Source: Syntrophobacteraceae bacterium
Lineage (GTDB): Bacteria; Desulfobacterota; Syntrophobacteria; Syntrophobacterales; Syntrophobacteraceae
Reading direction: 5' to 3'
Assembly: GCA_049976905.1 (NCBI GenBank)
Contig: JBMFHI010000001.1
Location: 27,149 to 91,148, forward strand
DNA length: 64,000 nt
A model generated the notes under the pieces. That model did no database searches. It was not told the origin of the DNA and saw only the letters and a program-made list of their open reading frames with translations. Positions 33,053 through 42,325 of the stretch are shown piece by piece; position 1 is the stretch's first letter, and every line of letters begins with the position of its first letter. The position numbers were made by a program, and so were the translations under genes.

Positions 33053-34852
33053 ATGGATTTATTTTCCAAAGTAAGCCGCACAGCCGGAAAACACTCCCTG
33101 CTGGAAGAAGAGATTCGAAAGCTCCCTGTTCCCGTCAGTTCGGTCTTTCTTGGAAAAGACGGCAAGATCAGGCCGGCCGCTTTCCGGCAAACCGATATGA
33201 CCTTGGTTTGCAAAGGACACGATAGAATCAGTGAGGTTTTTCCTAAGACGATCGCTAAAGGGGGTAGCATCATTTTGGAGGCCGTGGCATCCGAGACCCC
33301 TGCCACTGTTTCGGGCAAAAGAGTCGCCGTGCTTTTCTCGGGCGGTCCGGCCGCGGGCGGCCACAACGTGCTTGCAGGCCTTGCTGCCGTTCTGGGAAAA
33401 GAAAACACCCTTCTGGGGATAAGGAAGGGGCCGGGCGGACTGGTTAAAGGCGACATCTTCGAAATTGATAGGAAAAGCGTAAACTCGCTAATGAATTTGG
33501 GTGGTTTTGACTTCCTTGGCACAGACAGGACCAAAATCAAGACGGCCGAGCAATTTGAAAAAGTGAAAAAGACGGTTTTAGACAACAGACTTGACGGGCT
33601 CGTTATCGTTGGCGGCGACGATTCCAACACGAACGCGGCCTTTATCGCCGAATACCTGGCAAAGGAAAATATCGAGTGCAGCGTTGTGGGCATCCCCAAA
33701 ACCATCGATGGCGATATGGCCGCAGGCAAGTATCTGCCCATCTCCTTTGGCTTCGACACGGCTACCAAGATATACTCGGTGATGGTTGGAAATCTCACCC
33801 AGGATGCCGCCTCGGCGGTCAAATACTACCATCTGGTAAAACTCATGGGGCGCACGGCCAGCAAGATCACCCTGGAAGTAGCCCTGCAGACCAAACCGGC
33901 AATAGCTCTTATCTCCGAGGAAATCGCGGAGAAAAACATGTCCCTTGGCCAGGTTGTCGATTATATAACGCGTATAATTACCCTAAGACGCCTTAATGGC
34001 ATTAACCACGGAGTCATTCTCGTCCCCGAGGGACTTGTCGAATTCATTCCGGAAATGGCTCGGCTGATTGCCGAATTAAACAAGGTGCTTTCCGAATATG
34101 AAAAGGATATTAGCGACCTGCCCTCGGTCGAGAACAAAAGGGAGTTTCTCCTGCCCCATCTTACTGCCCAGTCTGCGCAGTTGCTCGCCTCTCTTCCCCC
34201 GGATCTCCAGGAGATGCTCATCCTCGATCGCGACGACCATGGAAATGTTAAGGTCTCTCAAATTGAGACCGAAAAGCTTTTAATCGAAAAAATCCGCTAT
34301 CGCCTCTCAGAGATGAAAAGGCATACCGACAATTTCTTTGGCGAGGCAGAGGGGAAAATCAAGGCCGATCCCGAGCAGATCGAGGATTTTAAAAAGGTCG
34401 TCCTCTCGACCCAGTCTCATTTCATGGGCTATGAGGGCAGAAGCTCAAAACCAACAAGGTTTGATGCGGCTTTCACCTTTCAACTGGGCCTGGCAGCGGG
34501 GTCTCTCGTGCTTTCCGCAAAAACCGGCTATATGGCCGCCATTACCGATTTTCACAAGGGGGGCCGCGTCCTGGCTCTGCCGCTCACAGGGCTTGTTACC
34601 GCCGAAATGCGCAAGGGAAAGGAGGAGTTCGTAATTGAGAAATCGCTGGTCGAACTCTCGTCTCCCTCCTTTAAATTATTTGCCCAAAACAGGGACAAAT
34701 GGGCTGGCGAGGACTGCTTTAGCAGTCCCGGCCCCATCCAGTATTGGGGACCCACCAGCAAACAGGTTCCCCTCATCGTTGCTCTCGACCAGGATTACCC
34801 CGATTTTGCCTGCTTTGATCTGGGGGAGGATATGCATGTAGCCCTCCAATAA
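33053..34852 (+). CDS. pfp: pyrophosphate-dependent 6-phosphofructokinase (PPi-PFK)
   Basis: VAVLFSGGPAAGGHNV, with GGDDSNTNA (Asp where ATP-PFKs have GGDGS) and IPKTIDGD (Lys where ATP-PFKs have Gly). The long ~600-aa form. Confidence 0.9.
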   Translation: MDLFSKVSRTAGKHSLLEEEIRKLPVPVSSVFLGKDGKIRPAAFRQTDMTLVCKGHDRISEVFPKTIAKGGSIILEAVASETPATVSGKRVAVLFSGGPAAGGHNVLAGLAAVLGKENTLLGIRKGPGGLVKGDIFEIDRKSVNSLMNLGGFDFLGTDRTKIKTAEQFEKVKKTVLDNRLDGLVIVGGDDSNTNAAFIAEYLAKENIECSVVGIPKTIDGDMAAGKYLPISFGFDTATKIYSVMVGNLTQDAASAVKYYHLVKLMGRTASKITLEVALQTKPAIALISEEIAEKNMSLGQVVDYITRIITLRRLNGINHGVILVPEGLVEFIPEMARLIAELNKVLSEYEKDISDLPSVENKREFLLPHLTAQSAQLLASLPPDLQEMLILDRDDHGNVKVSQIETEKLLIEKIRYRLSEMKRHTDNFFGEAEGKIKADPEQIEDFKKVVLSTQSHFMGYEGRSSKPTRFDAAFTFQLGLAAGSLVLSAKTGYMAAITDFHKGGRVLALPLTGLVTAEMRKGKEEFVIEKSLVELSSPSFKLFAQNRDKWAGEDCFSSPGPIQYWGPTSKQVPLIVALDQDYPDFACFDLGEDMHVALQ

Positions 34853-34928
34853 ACCATCGCAGAGCATGTAGAGGCATGCGGCAGGAAGGACTTTCTTCCT
34901 GCTTGCCTGTCTTAAAGGAGATTTTATA

Positions 34929-37010
34929 ATGCCAAACCATCTCGCAGGCGAAAAAAGTCCTTACCTGCTCCAGCACGCTCAAAACCCCGTCGACTGGTAT
35001 CCCTGGGGCGAAGAGCCTTTTGAGAAGGCACGGTTGGAGCAAAAGCCCATATTTCTTTCGATAGGCTATTCGACCTGCCACTGGTGTCACGTGATGGAGC
35101 ATGAGTCTTTCGAAGATGAGGAAGTCGCCTCGATTCTAAACAAGGCCTTCGTGTGCATAAAAGTTGATCGGGAAGAGCGCCCCGACATTGATCAGGTATA
35201 CATGAACGTCTGCCAGGCCGCCACGGGCCGCGGCGGTTGGCCGCTTTCCATCTTTATGGGCCAGGACAGAAAACCTTTCTACGCCGGTACCTATTTCCCT
35301 CGAAAAAGCCGGATGGGCATGGTGGGCCTTTTGGAACTGGCCCAAAAAATCTCCGAACTCTGGGCGCAGGATCGACAAGAGCTCGAAAAAATTAGCGAGC
35401 GTTTGTCGCGCGCCATCGAACCGGGTAAATCCCTTCTCTCCCATCAGTTGCCGGGACCCGGTCTTCTGGAAACGGCCCATAAAAGCCTTGCACAATCCTT
35501 TGATCCCGTCTGGGGTGGTTTTGGAAAAGCTCCCAAGTTCCCGGGCCCTCACAATCTAAGTTTTCTTCTTCGAAGAAATTGGCGAGATCCCGACTCCGAT
35601 GCCCTGCCAATGGTCGAAAAAACCCTTTTGTCCATGCGCTCCGGCGGGATTTTTGACCAGGTCGGTTTTGGCTTTCACCGCTATTCGGTTGACGAAAAAT
35701 GGATCGAGCCCCATTTTGAAAAAATGCTCTACGACCAGGCGATGCTCGCGATTGCCTATAGCGATGCTTTCCTTGTAACCGGAGATGCGCGATACGCCAA
35801 AGTGACAAGGGAAATTTTCGAATATGTAATGCGCGAGATGCTAAGCCCGGAAGGCGGCTTCTACAGCGCCCTGGACGCCGACAGCGAAGGGTCCGAGGGG
35901 GCTTTCTATACCTGGAGACCTGAGCAGGTGAGTGAGGTCCTGGGTAAAGACCAGGCCGCAATCTTCTGCCGGGCTTATGGAATTACAGGCAGGGGCAATT
36001 TCGCCGATGGCTTGAGTATACTCCATATAGCCGAGCCTTTCGATAAACTTGCCGATAGCCTTGCCATGAGCGTTTCCGAGCTGGAAAAGCTCCTTGAAGC
36101 CTTGCGTCTGCGCCTCTTTAATGCCCGCGAAAAAAGAGTCCACCCGTTTAAAGACGATAAAATCGTTGCCGCATGGAACGGCCTTATGATAGCCGCGCTT
36201 GCAAGGGGCGCTCAGGCGCTTGGCGAAAACCTTTATGCTCAAGCCGCCCAAAGGGCGGCCCATTTTCTGCTCTCCCGGATGCGAAACGATAACGGACGGT
36301 TTTACCGCCGCTACCGCGGCAACGAAGCCGCCGTTGCCGCCTACGCCGACGACTATGCCTTTTTCATTTGGGGCCTGATTGAACTCTACGAGACCGTTTT
36401 CGACGTGACCTGGCTGGCTCAAGCCGTCAATCTCCAGGAAGAGATGATCAGGTTGTTTTCCGCCCCCGACGGTGGTTTCTATTTCGTTGGAAATGACGCG
36501 GAACCGATGATCGTGGCTGAAAAACCCCTCTATGACGGCGCTCTTCCTTCGTCTAATTCCGTCGCGGCCATGAACTTGCTGCGGCTTGCAAGGATGACGG
36601 GAAATGCTGAATTTGAAAAACAGGCGGATTTGCTCCTAAGAGGTCTTGCCCGGCAGGTTGCCTCTAATCCCGCCGCTTTCACCCATCTGCTGCAAGCCCT
36701 GGATTTTGCCCACGGACCATCCCTTGAAATACTTTTAGCAGGGGATCTTTCCCTCCCGGCGACAAGAAAAATGTTGGAAGCCATTAAACCCATCTACTCC
36801 CCAAACCGTGTGCTGCTGCTCAAACAAAGCGGTAGAGCCGGGGCCGAGCTGGCAAAAATCGCCCCTTTTACCGCCTCCGTACCGGAGGCCCCAAGGGATG
36901 ACTCCGCGCTCGCATACGTGTGCCAGGGGTTTAGTTGTCAAAATCCCGTTAAAAGCGTCTCGGAATTGAGCGCGATTTTGAAAGGCGAAAAACTACCCAT
37001 GGCGGGATAG
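34929..37010 (+). CDS. thioredoxin-domain protein of the YyaL/DUF255 family
   Basis: [29 protein letters not shown]...[14 protein letters not shown], followed by a long alpha/alpha-toroid-like C-terminal region. AAGGAG lies upstream of the ATG. Confidence 0.85.
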   Translation: MPNHLAGEKSPYLLQHAQNPVDWYPWGEEPFEKARLEQKPIFLSIGYSTCHWCHVMEHESFEDEEVASILNKAFVCIKVDREERPDIDQVYMNVCQAATGRGGWPLSIFMGQDRKPFYAGTYFPRKSRMGMVGLLELAQKISELWAQDRQELEKISERLSRAIEPGKSLLSHQLPGPGLLETAHKSLAQSFDPVWGGFGKAPKFPGPHNLSFLLRRNWRDPDSDALPMVEKTLLSMRSGGIFDQVGFGFHRYSVDEKWIEPHFEKMLYDQAMLAIAYSDAFLVTGDARYAKVTREIFEYVMREMLSPEGGFYSALDADSEGSEGAFYTWRPEQVSEVLGKDQAAIFCRAYGITGRGNFADGLSILHIAEPFDKLADSLAMSVSELEKLLEALRLRLFNAREKRVHPFKDDKIVAAWNGLMIAALARGAQALGENLYAQAAQRAAHFLLSRMRNDNGRFYRRYRGNEAAVAAYADDYAFFIWGLIELYETVFDVTWLAQAVNLQEEMIRLFSAPDGGFYFVGNDAEPMIVAEKPLYDGALPSSNSVAAMNLLRLARMTGNAEFEKQADLLLRGLARQVASNPAAFTHLLQALDFAHGPSLEILLAGDLSLPATRKMLEAIKPIYSPNRVLLLKQSGRAGAELAKIAPFTASVPEAPRDDSALAYVCQGFSCQNPVKSVSELSAILKGEKLPMAG

Positions 37011-37053
37011 TGGCGCAATATGGCATGAATATGGCGTGATACCGGCGTGATTG
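37011..37053 (+). promoter_or_regulatory. four tandem ~11-bp direct repeats (possible activator binding array)
   Basis: TGGCGCAATA / TGGCATGAATA / TGGCGTGATACC / GGCGTGATTG begin immediately after the stop codon of the preceding (YyaL/DUF255-family) gene. They lie 63-105 bp upstream of the sigma54 promoter at 37115. Confidence 0.4.
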
Positions 37054-37114
37054 TCTTTGTTTCGTACTGACGCTAACTATTGGAAAACACAGCGAGAATA
37101 AAAAGTGGATACTC

Positions 37115-37130
37115 TGGCACGTATGTTGCT
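37115..37130 (+). promoter_or_regulatory. near-consensus sigma54 (-24/-12) promoter
   Basis: CTGGCACGTATGTTGCT, against the consensus YTGGCACGrNNNTTGCW. This is the best match in the window. Confidence 0.7.
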
Positions 37131-37140
37131 CTAAACTCAA

Positions 37141-37214
37141 TGCACAAAGAGAAACCAACTCTTTCCTCCTCTTGAGCTAACCGGTTCTAGCCCCTCCGGT
37201 TAGCTCTTTTTTTT
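37141..37214 (+). ncRNA. candidate sigma54-dependent small RNA or terminating leader (~74 nt)
   Basis: The predicted start lies ~12 nt after the -12 GC. The 5' part is unstructured and contains CUUUCCUCCUCUU (37161-37173). It ends in a perfect 11-bp hairpin followed by U8. Confidence 0.4.
37174..37214 (+). terminator. rho-independent terminator
   Basis: GAGCTAACCGG (37174-37184) pairs with CCGGTTAGCTC (37196-37206) across an 11-nt loop, followed by TTTTTTTT (37207-37214). Confidence 0.85.
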
Positions 37215-37244
37215 ACCCCAATTTTGTTAAGGAGAATGTCTGAT

Positions 37245-38108
37245 ATGGGCAAGACTCTTCTTGGTATTTGCGCCTCTCCCAGAAAACTTGGAAACTGTGA
37301 ACTTTTTATAAAAGAAATTTTTAGACGGATGGGTGATGGCTGGGATCTTCGCATGGTTCGCCTTCCCGAGTTCGACATTAAACCGTGTAGAGCCTGTTAC
37401 CAATGCCTTTTCGACCAGCCGTGCCCTCTTAAGGACGATTTCCTTGCGGTACTAAGTGCTCTGGCGGATGCCGACGCCTACGTCGTTGCCGCTCCGGCCT
37501 ATTTTCTCTCGGCCAATAGCAGTCTAAAAGTTTTTTTGGACCGTGGGCTTCAATTCTATGGTTTTATCGACCGGTTGTGGGCAAAACCTGGCGCGGCGGT
37601 GGCCATAGCCGGGATTGAAGGCAAGGAGGGTAGCGCCAAGCGCGATGTGGAAAGTTTTATAAAACTTAGCCTGGGCGATTTGCGCGGGTCCGCGGTTGTC
37701 TATGGGGCACTGCCGGGCGAAACCCTTCTGTCTGCTTTAAACCTGGAAACAGCTAAACAGCTTGCTGGCGCTATCCTTAATCCCGCCATGAGGCAAAGCT
37801 CCGCCGGTCCTGTTTGCCCCCTATGCGGGGGCGATACATTCAGGTTTGTGGACACCGTCCGGGCCAGGTGCATGCTCTGCTCCGGTTCCGGTCCCTGGGA
37901 GTTTAAAGATGGTTCCATGGTCTTCCATATCGAACCGGGGGAGCATCCAATTTTTCTAACCAAAGCCGATGCCCTGGGTCATGCCGATTGGCTAAGAGGA
38001 ATGAAAGATAAGTTTCTTGCTCGCAGGCAGGAACTTAAAGAGATCGTAAAACCCTATCTTGGGATGGGTTCGTTCATTGAAAGCAAAAGAAGGCAAGAGA
38101 AGGTGTGA
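37245..38108 (+). CDS. iron-sulfur flavoprotein (Isf)-like NAD(P)H-dependent FMN reductase with C-terminal zinc-ribbon region
   Basis: Flavodoxin-like LLGICASPRKLGN. Compact Cys motif CRACYQCLFDQPC (Cx2Cx2Cx5C) as in Isf proteins. The C-terminal part has CPLCGG...CMLCSG. The ATG at 37245 has AAGGAG 10 nt upstream. The ORF track starts at TTG 37224. Confidence 0.7.
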   Translation: MGKTLLGICASPRKLGNCELFIKEIFRRMGDGWDLRMVRLPEFDIKPCRACYQCLFDQPCPLKDDFLAVLSALADADAYVVAAPAYFLSANSSLKVFLDRGLQFYGFIDRLWAKPGAAVAIAGIEGKEGSAKRDVESFIKLSLGDLRGSAVVYGALPGETLLSALNLETAKQLAGAILNPAMRQSSAGPVCPLCGGDTFRFVDTVRARCMLCSGSGPWEFKDGSMVFHIEPGEHPIFLTKADALGHADWLRGMKDKFLARRQELKEIVKPYLGMGSFIESKRRQEKV

Positions 38109-38396
38109 GCCTATCGTTGCGGCCATTTTGGGAACAGCGTTCCATCTAACCTGTAATGCCTTGTTTTTAAGAGATAAATGATGGCTGCTGCTAAAATCTT
38201 GCTGCAAGAAAATTCTTTTAAAGAATAATCTGCTAAAAACCGATCAATAATAAGAATCGAAAGAATTTAGCTTTCGTTGTTTTAGCGGCAAGGGAGACTG
38301 TTTTCGGTTTTTAAAATAGTTTCGTGCCTTTAAAATAAGGAGTTGGATTGGTGTACCCTGAGGACGTCTTGAACCGAAGGCTGGAAAGGATGGAAT

Positions 38397-38783
38397 TTGA
38401 GGGCCTTTAAAGACTTGGTGGTTATGGTCGTGGACGATTTTTCAACCATGAGGCGCATCGTAAAGGGCGTCTTGCTGGATATGGAATTCAAGCAGATTAT
38501 TGAAGCGGAAAACGGCTCTCAGGCTCTTCGGCTTCTGGAGTCCAACAAGGTCGATCTTATAATTTCGGATTGGAATATGCCGGTCATGACCGGAATTGAA
38601 CTCCTCAGGCAGGTGAGGGCTGAGGATCGCTATAAAGCGATCCCATTTCTCATGGTTACCGCCGAAGCTCAACACGCTGATCTTGTGGAGGCCGTCCAGG
38701 CCAAAGTGAGCAACTATGTCGTAAAACCCTTTACCCCGGATATGCTGGCTGAGAAAATAGCAAAGGTTATCCCTCTGAGATAG
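38397..38783 (+). CDS. cheY: CheY-like single-domain response regulator
   Basis: VMVVDDFSTMRR...LIISDWNMPVMTG...FLMVTAEA...YVVKPF. 128 aa with a TTG start in the ORF track. Confidence 0.8.
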   Translation: MRAFKDLVVMVVDDFSTMRRIVKGVLLDMEFKQIIEAENGSQALRLLESNKVDLIISDWNMPVMTGIELLRQVRAEDRYKAIPFLMVTAEAQHADLVEAVQAKVSNYVVKPFTPDMLAEKIAKVIPLR

Positions 38784-38797
38784 TTTGGAGATTAGCA

Positions 38798-39259
38798 ATG
38801 GACGTAAGACTCATTAACCCCTTTCTTACTTCGGCAATGCACGTGTTAAAAACTATGGCCGCTGTTGAAGTTACGCCCGGAAAGCCTTTCCTTAAAAACG
38901 ACGACCGCGCATCCGGAGATGTCTCCGCCATTATCGGCATCACGGGGGTGGCGAGTGGATCGATGGCGCTGGTGTTTACCGAAAAGTGCATCCTGGCAAT
39001 TGTATCGAGTCTTTTAGGCGAAAGGTTTACCGAGGTAAATCAACAGGTTAGAGATGCCGTCGGGGAGCTTACGAACATGATCTGCGGCGATGGCAGAAGG
39101 CGTCTTGCCGAGGGCGGATTCAGCCTCCAGGCTGGAATACCGACTATAGTTTCGGGTAAAAATCACGTCATATCCCATATTGCAAACGGTCCACGCCTTG
39201 CGGTGCCTTTCCAAACCGCCAATGGCGACTTTATGATAGAGGTGGCGTTTTCAAAATAG
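38798..39259 (+). CDS. cheX: CheX-like chemotaxis phosphatase
   Basis: INPFLTSAMHVLKTM...GDVSAIIGITG...GSMALVF...ELTNMICG matches the CheX/CheC-like pattern. It lies directly downstream of cheY. Confidence 0.7.
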   Translation: MDVRLINPFLTSAMHVLKTMAAVEVTPGKPFLKNDDRASGDVSAIIGITGVASGSMALVFTEKCILAIVSSLLGERFTEVNQQVRDAVGELTNMICGDGRRRLAEGGFSLQAGIPTIVSGKNHVISHIANGPRLAVPFQTANGDFMIEVAFSK

Positions 39260-39386
39260 TGCTGTTTGAGAAAACCCTGGGCAAATCCCGCAGGCCTCAG
39301 GCCCGCGGCGATAAAGGGCGTCTTTTTTAAAAGGAGGGGGAACGGAAACCACCTGTTCCCCCAAAAAAAAATCAAATAGCTTTTGG

Positions 39387-40865
39387 CTATTTACTTTTCT
39401 CTCCGCCTCTTGCCTCGGGGCTTTTCAGATGAAAATCCGTAGCCTGTTCGAACTGGTTGGCTATGCGAAGGACCAGTTCCTCCCGGAAATGAGGACCTAA
39501 AATCTGAAGCCCGATCGGCAGGTTCTCCGAGGTAAACCCGCAGGGAACGGAGATGCCCGGGATCCCAGCCAGACTTGCCGGAAGTGTAAACACGTCGCTT
39601 AAATACATTTGAAGCGGATCCTCGGATTTTTCCCCGAGCCTGAATGCCGGTATGGGGGAAACGGGGGCCAAGATGGCGTCGCATTTTTCGAAAGCCTCGA
39701 GAAAATCCCGCCCGATCAGAGTTCGTACCTGGGAGGCTTTTTTGTAGTAGGCCTCGTAATAGCCGGCCGATAAGACATAGGTGCCTAACATTATGCGCCG
39801 TTTTACCTCGGAGCCGAACCCCTCCGAGCGGCTCTTTCTGTACATATCCATAAGGTCTGCGCAGTTTTGAGCCCGATGGCCGTATTTTACCCCGTCGTAG
39901 CGGGCAAGATTTGAGGAGGCTTCGGCCGGGGCGATTATGTAATAAGCTGCTATGCCGTATTCGGTATGGGGCAGGGAAATATCCACGATTTTCGCCCCAA
40001 GGTTTTTGCAGGTGGCTATCGCTTCTCTAACGGCCCTTTCCACCTCGGGGTGGGTACCCTCGATGAAATATTGTCTGGGAATTCCAAGGCGCAAACCCTC
40101 AATGGGTTGCTTGAGGCCGGCCCTGTAGTCGGGGACCGGCAGATCGACGGAAGTGGAATCGGCCGGGTCGTAGCCGGCGATCGCCTGGAGAAGTAGCGCT
40201 GCGTCCTCGACATCCCTCGTTATGGGTCCTATCTGGTCGAGCGAGGAGGCAAAAGCGACCAGCCCAAAACGCGAAACGCGACCATAGGTGGGTTTTAGCC
40301 CAACAACACCGCAAAAAGAGGATGGCTGGCGAATCGAGCCGCCCGTATCGGTCCCGAGCGCCCCGGCGCAAAGACCGGCTGCGACCGCCGCGGCCGACCC
40401 CCCGCTCGACCCTCCCGGCACTCGCTCGATATCCCAGGGATTGCGAGTCTTTACAAAGGCCGAATTTTCCGTCGAAGACCCCATCGCGAACTCATCGAGA
40501 TTGGTTTTCCCGAGAAAAATCGCTCCCGCCCTCCTAAGCTTTTCGGTTACAGTCGCATCATAGGGCGCAATAAACCCTTGCAAAATCCGGGAACCGCACG
40601 TAATCGGAGTTCCCCGCATGCATATGACGTCTTTTATGGCGACAGGGGTCCCGGCAATTGGGGAGGCTGAGTACTGCCTCTCGCCCGAATCATAGAGCTT
40701 AGCCTCTTGGGTGGCTTTTTCACCAAAGGTTGCAAGGTAGGCGTTCACCTCAGGGTCGATTGAGCTGATACGTTCAAGAAATGCTAAGACCGTTTCAACC
40801 GCGCCTATCTGGCGGCTTTCGAGCAGGTCGTGTATTCGGTGCATTGGAAGAGCATGGATGTCCAT
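39387..40865 (-). CDS. gatA: Asp-tRNA(Asn)/Glu-tRNA(Gln) amidotransferase subunit A
   Basis: Amidase signature GGSSGGSAAAVAAG and GTDTGGSIRQPSSFCGVVGLKPTYG. Confidence 0.95.
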   Translation of the reverse strand: MDIHALPMHRIHDLLESRQIGAVETVLAFLERISSIDPEVNAYLATFGEKATQEAKLYDSGERQYSASPIAGTPVAIKDVICMRGTPITCGSRILQGFIAPYDATVTEKLRRAGAIFLGKTNLDEFAMGSSTENSAFVKTRNPWDIERVPGGSSGGSAAAVAAGLCAGALGTDTGGSIRQPSSFCGVVGLKPTYGRVSRFGLVAFASSLDQIGPITRDVEDAALLLQAIAGYDPADSTSVDLPVPDYRAGLKQPIEGLRLGIPRQYFIEGTHPEVERAVREAIATCKNLGAKIVDISLPHTEYGIAAYYIIAPAEASSNLARYDGVKYGHRAQNCADLMDMYRKSRSEGFGSEVKRRIMLGTYVLSAGYYEAYYKKASQVRTLIGRDFLEAFEKCDAILAPVSPIPAFRLGEKSEDPLQMYLSDVFTLPASLAGIPGISVPCGFTSENLPIGLQILGPHFREELVLRIANQFEQATDFHLKSPEARGGEKSK

Positions 40866-40885
40866 AGAAAACTGCCTTTTCTGTG

Positions 40886-41176
40886 CTAAAGGACCCTGGG
40901 AACAACAAAATTTACGCCGTCGGCTCCGGGGGCGTTTGCCAGCGAATCCTTGCGGTCCAATGAAGGTTCGACTTTGTCCTGGCGGAATACGTTTCTAAGT
41001 TCTATTGCATGGGTGGTGGCTTCGACCTCTTTGGTGTCGAGTTGGTTTAGCTTGTCCATGTATTCCAAAATGGTATTCATCTGGCCGGTCATAAGTTCCT
41101 CTTCGCTTTGCGAAAGCTCCAGCCGTGCGAGCAATGCCACATGGCGGACCTCATCCCTGGTGATCTTGGAGTCCAT
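40886..41176 (-). CDS. gatC: Asp-tRNA(Asn)/Glu-tRNA(Gln) amidotransferase subunit C
   Basis: MDSKITRDEVRHVALLARLELSQSEEE...LDTKEVEATTH, 96 aa, directly upstream of gatA. The longer tracked ORF (to 41395) overlaps the preceding gene. Confidence 0.9.
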   Translation of the reverse strand: MDSKITRDEVRHVALLARLELSQSEEELMTGQMNTILEYMDKLNQLDTKEVEATTHAIELRNVFRQDKVEPSLDRKDSLANAPGADGVNFVVPRVL

Positions 41177-41198
41177 AGTGTTTCCTCTCGTGGAAAAT

Positions 41199-41810
41199 CT
41201 AATCCGATAGGAAGTTTTCCATTGTCCGGCAGTCTTTGAATGCCGCCAGGACCTCGGGCAAACCCTGAATGCGGGTCTTTTGCAGCAGTTGGTAGGTAAG
41301 CGCATGCACCCGCTTTTCTTCGGCGTCCTGTTCGGCGGCCGTGGAATCAAATCTTTGAACAAATTTGGCAAACCGCACGACGTGGATAAGTTCATGGGTA
41401 ATAATGTAAGCCGTAAGGGGATAGAGGCGGATGTCTTTGTCGCGCTCGACAGCCCTGCGGATCACATGATCCTGAATACAGATTTTGAAAAAATCCCCGG
41501 GTTCGCTCCCGCGCGTCTTGTCCCCCGGACGTCTTACATAGCGCCGGATCTGGGCGAAAGCAAGGTCGGTTATCTCTTCTACGTCGAGGCTCTTAAGGCT
41601 CTGAATGTCGTAGCGGTATCTTTTCCACTCGGAAGTAGAAATTTTGTAAAAATCGCTTATCAGCTCTTCCGAGACTTCGATGGCCTGCGCCAGGACGGCG
41701 ATCATCTCTATTTCGAAAGGCACCCGTATCATTCTAATTGCCTCTGCCCCTTCATGCGGAAATCCACGCAATGCCCAAATCCTATCTATGTACAAGACTT
41801 CCATGATCAA
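41199..41810 (-). CDS. hypothetical protein with HExxH motif
   Basis: 203 aa, with AYIITHELIHVVRF containing HELIH. It lies 22 nt upstream of gatC on the same strand. No family recognised. Confidence 0.5.
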   Translation of the reverse strand: MIMEVLYIDRIWALRGFPHEGAEAIRMIRVPFEIEMIAVLAQAIEVSEELISDFYKISTSEWKRYRYDIQSLKSLDVEEITDLAFAQIRRYVRRPGDKTRGSEPGDFFKICIQDHVIRRAVERDKDIRLYPLTAYIITHELIHVVRFAKFVQRFDSTAAEQDAEEKRVHALTYQLLQKTRIQGLPEVLAAFKDCRTMENFLSD

Positions 41811-42325
41811 TTCAACTGGTTAGAACCATTTTGACCGTATCGCCCCCAGGTTTTATGACCCAATCGGCCCGGCGCATTTTCTAAAAGGGGCAAACCAACC
41901 AATCTCATGCAAGCAAGGCTTCGGCCTTGAGAACGGTTTGGTCTTCAGGCGGCCTGTGGCCGCGGCCTTTCCAAACGCTTATCCGCATGGAGCCGGCAAG
42001 GGAGTTTTCCCCTCCTATAAGTTTGAATTAATTTGACAACCCCTTGCCACTTTGTTTAAGTAAAATTTCGTGGCTTGGTTGTGCGTTCTTTCTCAAGTTG
42101 GTTTGCCTGCCAATAAACCAGGCCAAACCGGCCCGTTTCAGATCGATCTGCCGCTTAGCTCACCTTTTGCCCGGCAAAGGTTTCCGGGCAAGGCACCGGG
42201 GATTTTCTTTATTCTCCGTCACAACTAAATAAATATTTCTCAATTCGAAGTCTATAACGGCGGTCCGTAAAGGCTTTTGGCTGAAGTCATTCAGCCCTTG
42301 GGGCCGGCTTCGAGGAGGTAGCAGA

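Noticed and set aside
32935-33822. 295-aa minus-strand ORF
   Set aside because: It is entirely antisense to the well-supported pfp gene. Its Ser/Pro/Thr-rich low-complexity translation is typical of a shadow ORF.
38219-38247. Sigma28 (FliA)-like promoter upstream of cheY-cheX (TAAA-N16-ACCGATCA)
   Set aside because: Only 6 of 8 bases match in the -10 element, the spacer is off-consensus, and there are no flagellar genes nearby. It is too weak to call.
39336-39371. Hairpin GGGGGAAC...GTTCCCCC between the convergent cheX and gatA genes
   Set aside because: The 8-bp stem is real, but the long homopolymer run is on the wrong side for both strands (A9 after it on plus, T9 before it on minus). 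I could not assign it as a canonical terminator for either gene.
41811-42325. Possible cobalamin riboswitch in the 515-nt region upstream of the B12 mutase
   Set aside because: Only a fragment resembling the B12 box (GCCACT) is present. I could not trace the conserved multi-stem core. An Infernal/Rfam scan would be decisive.
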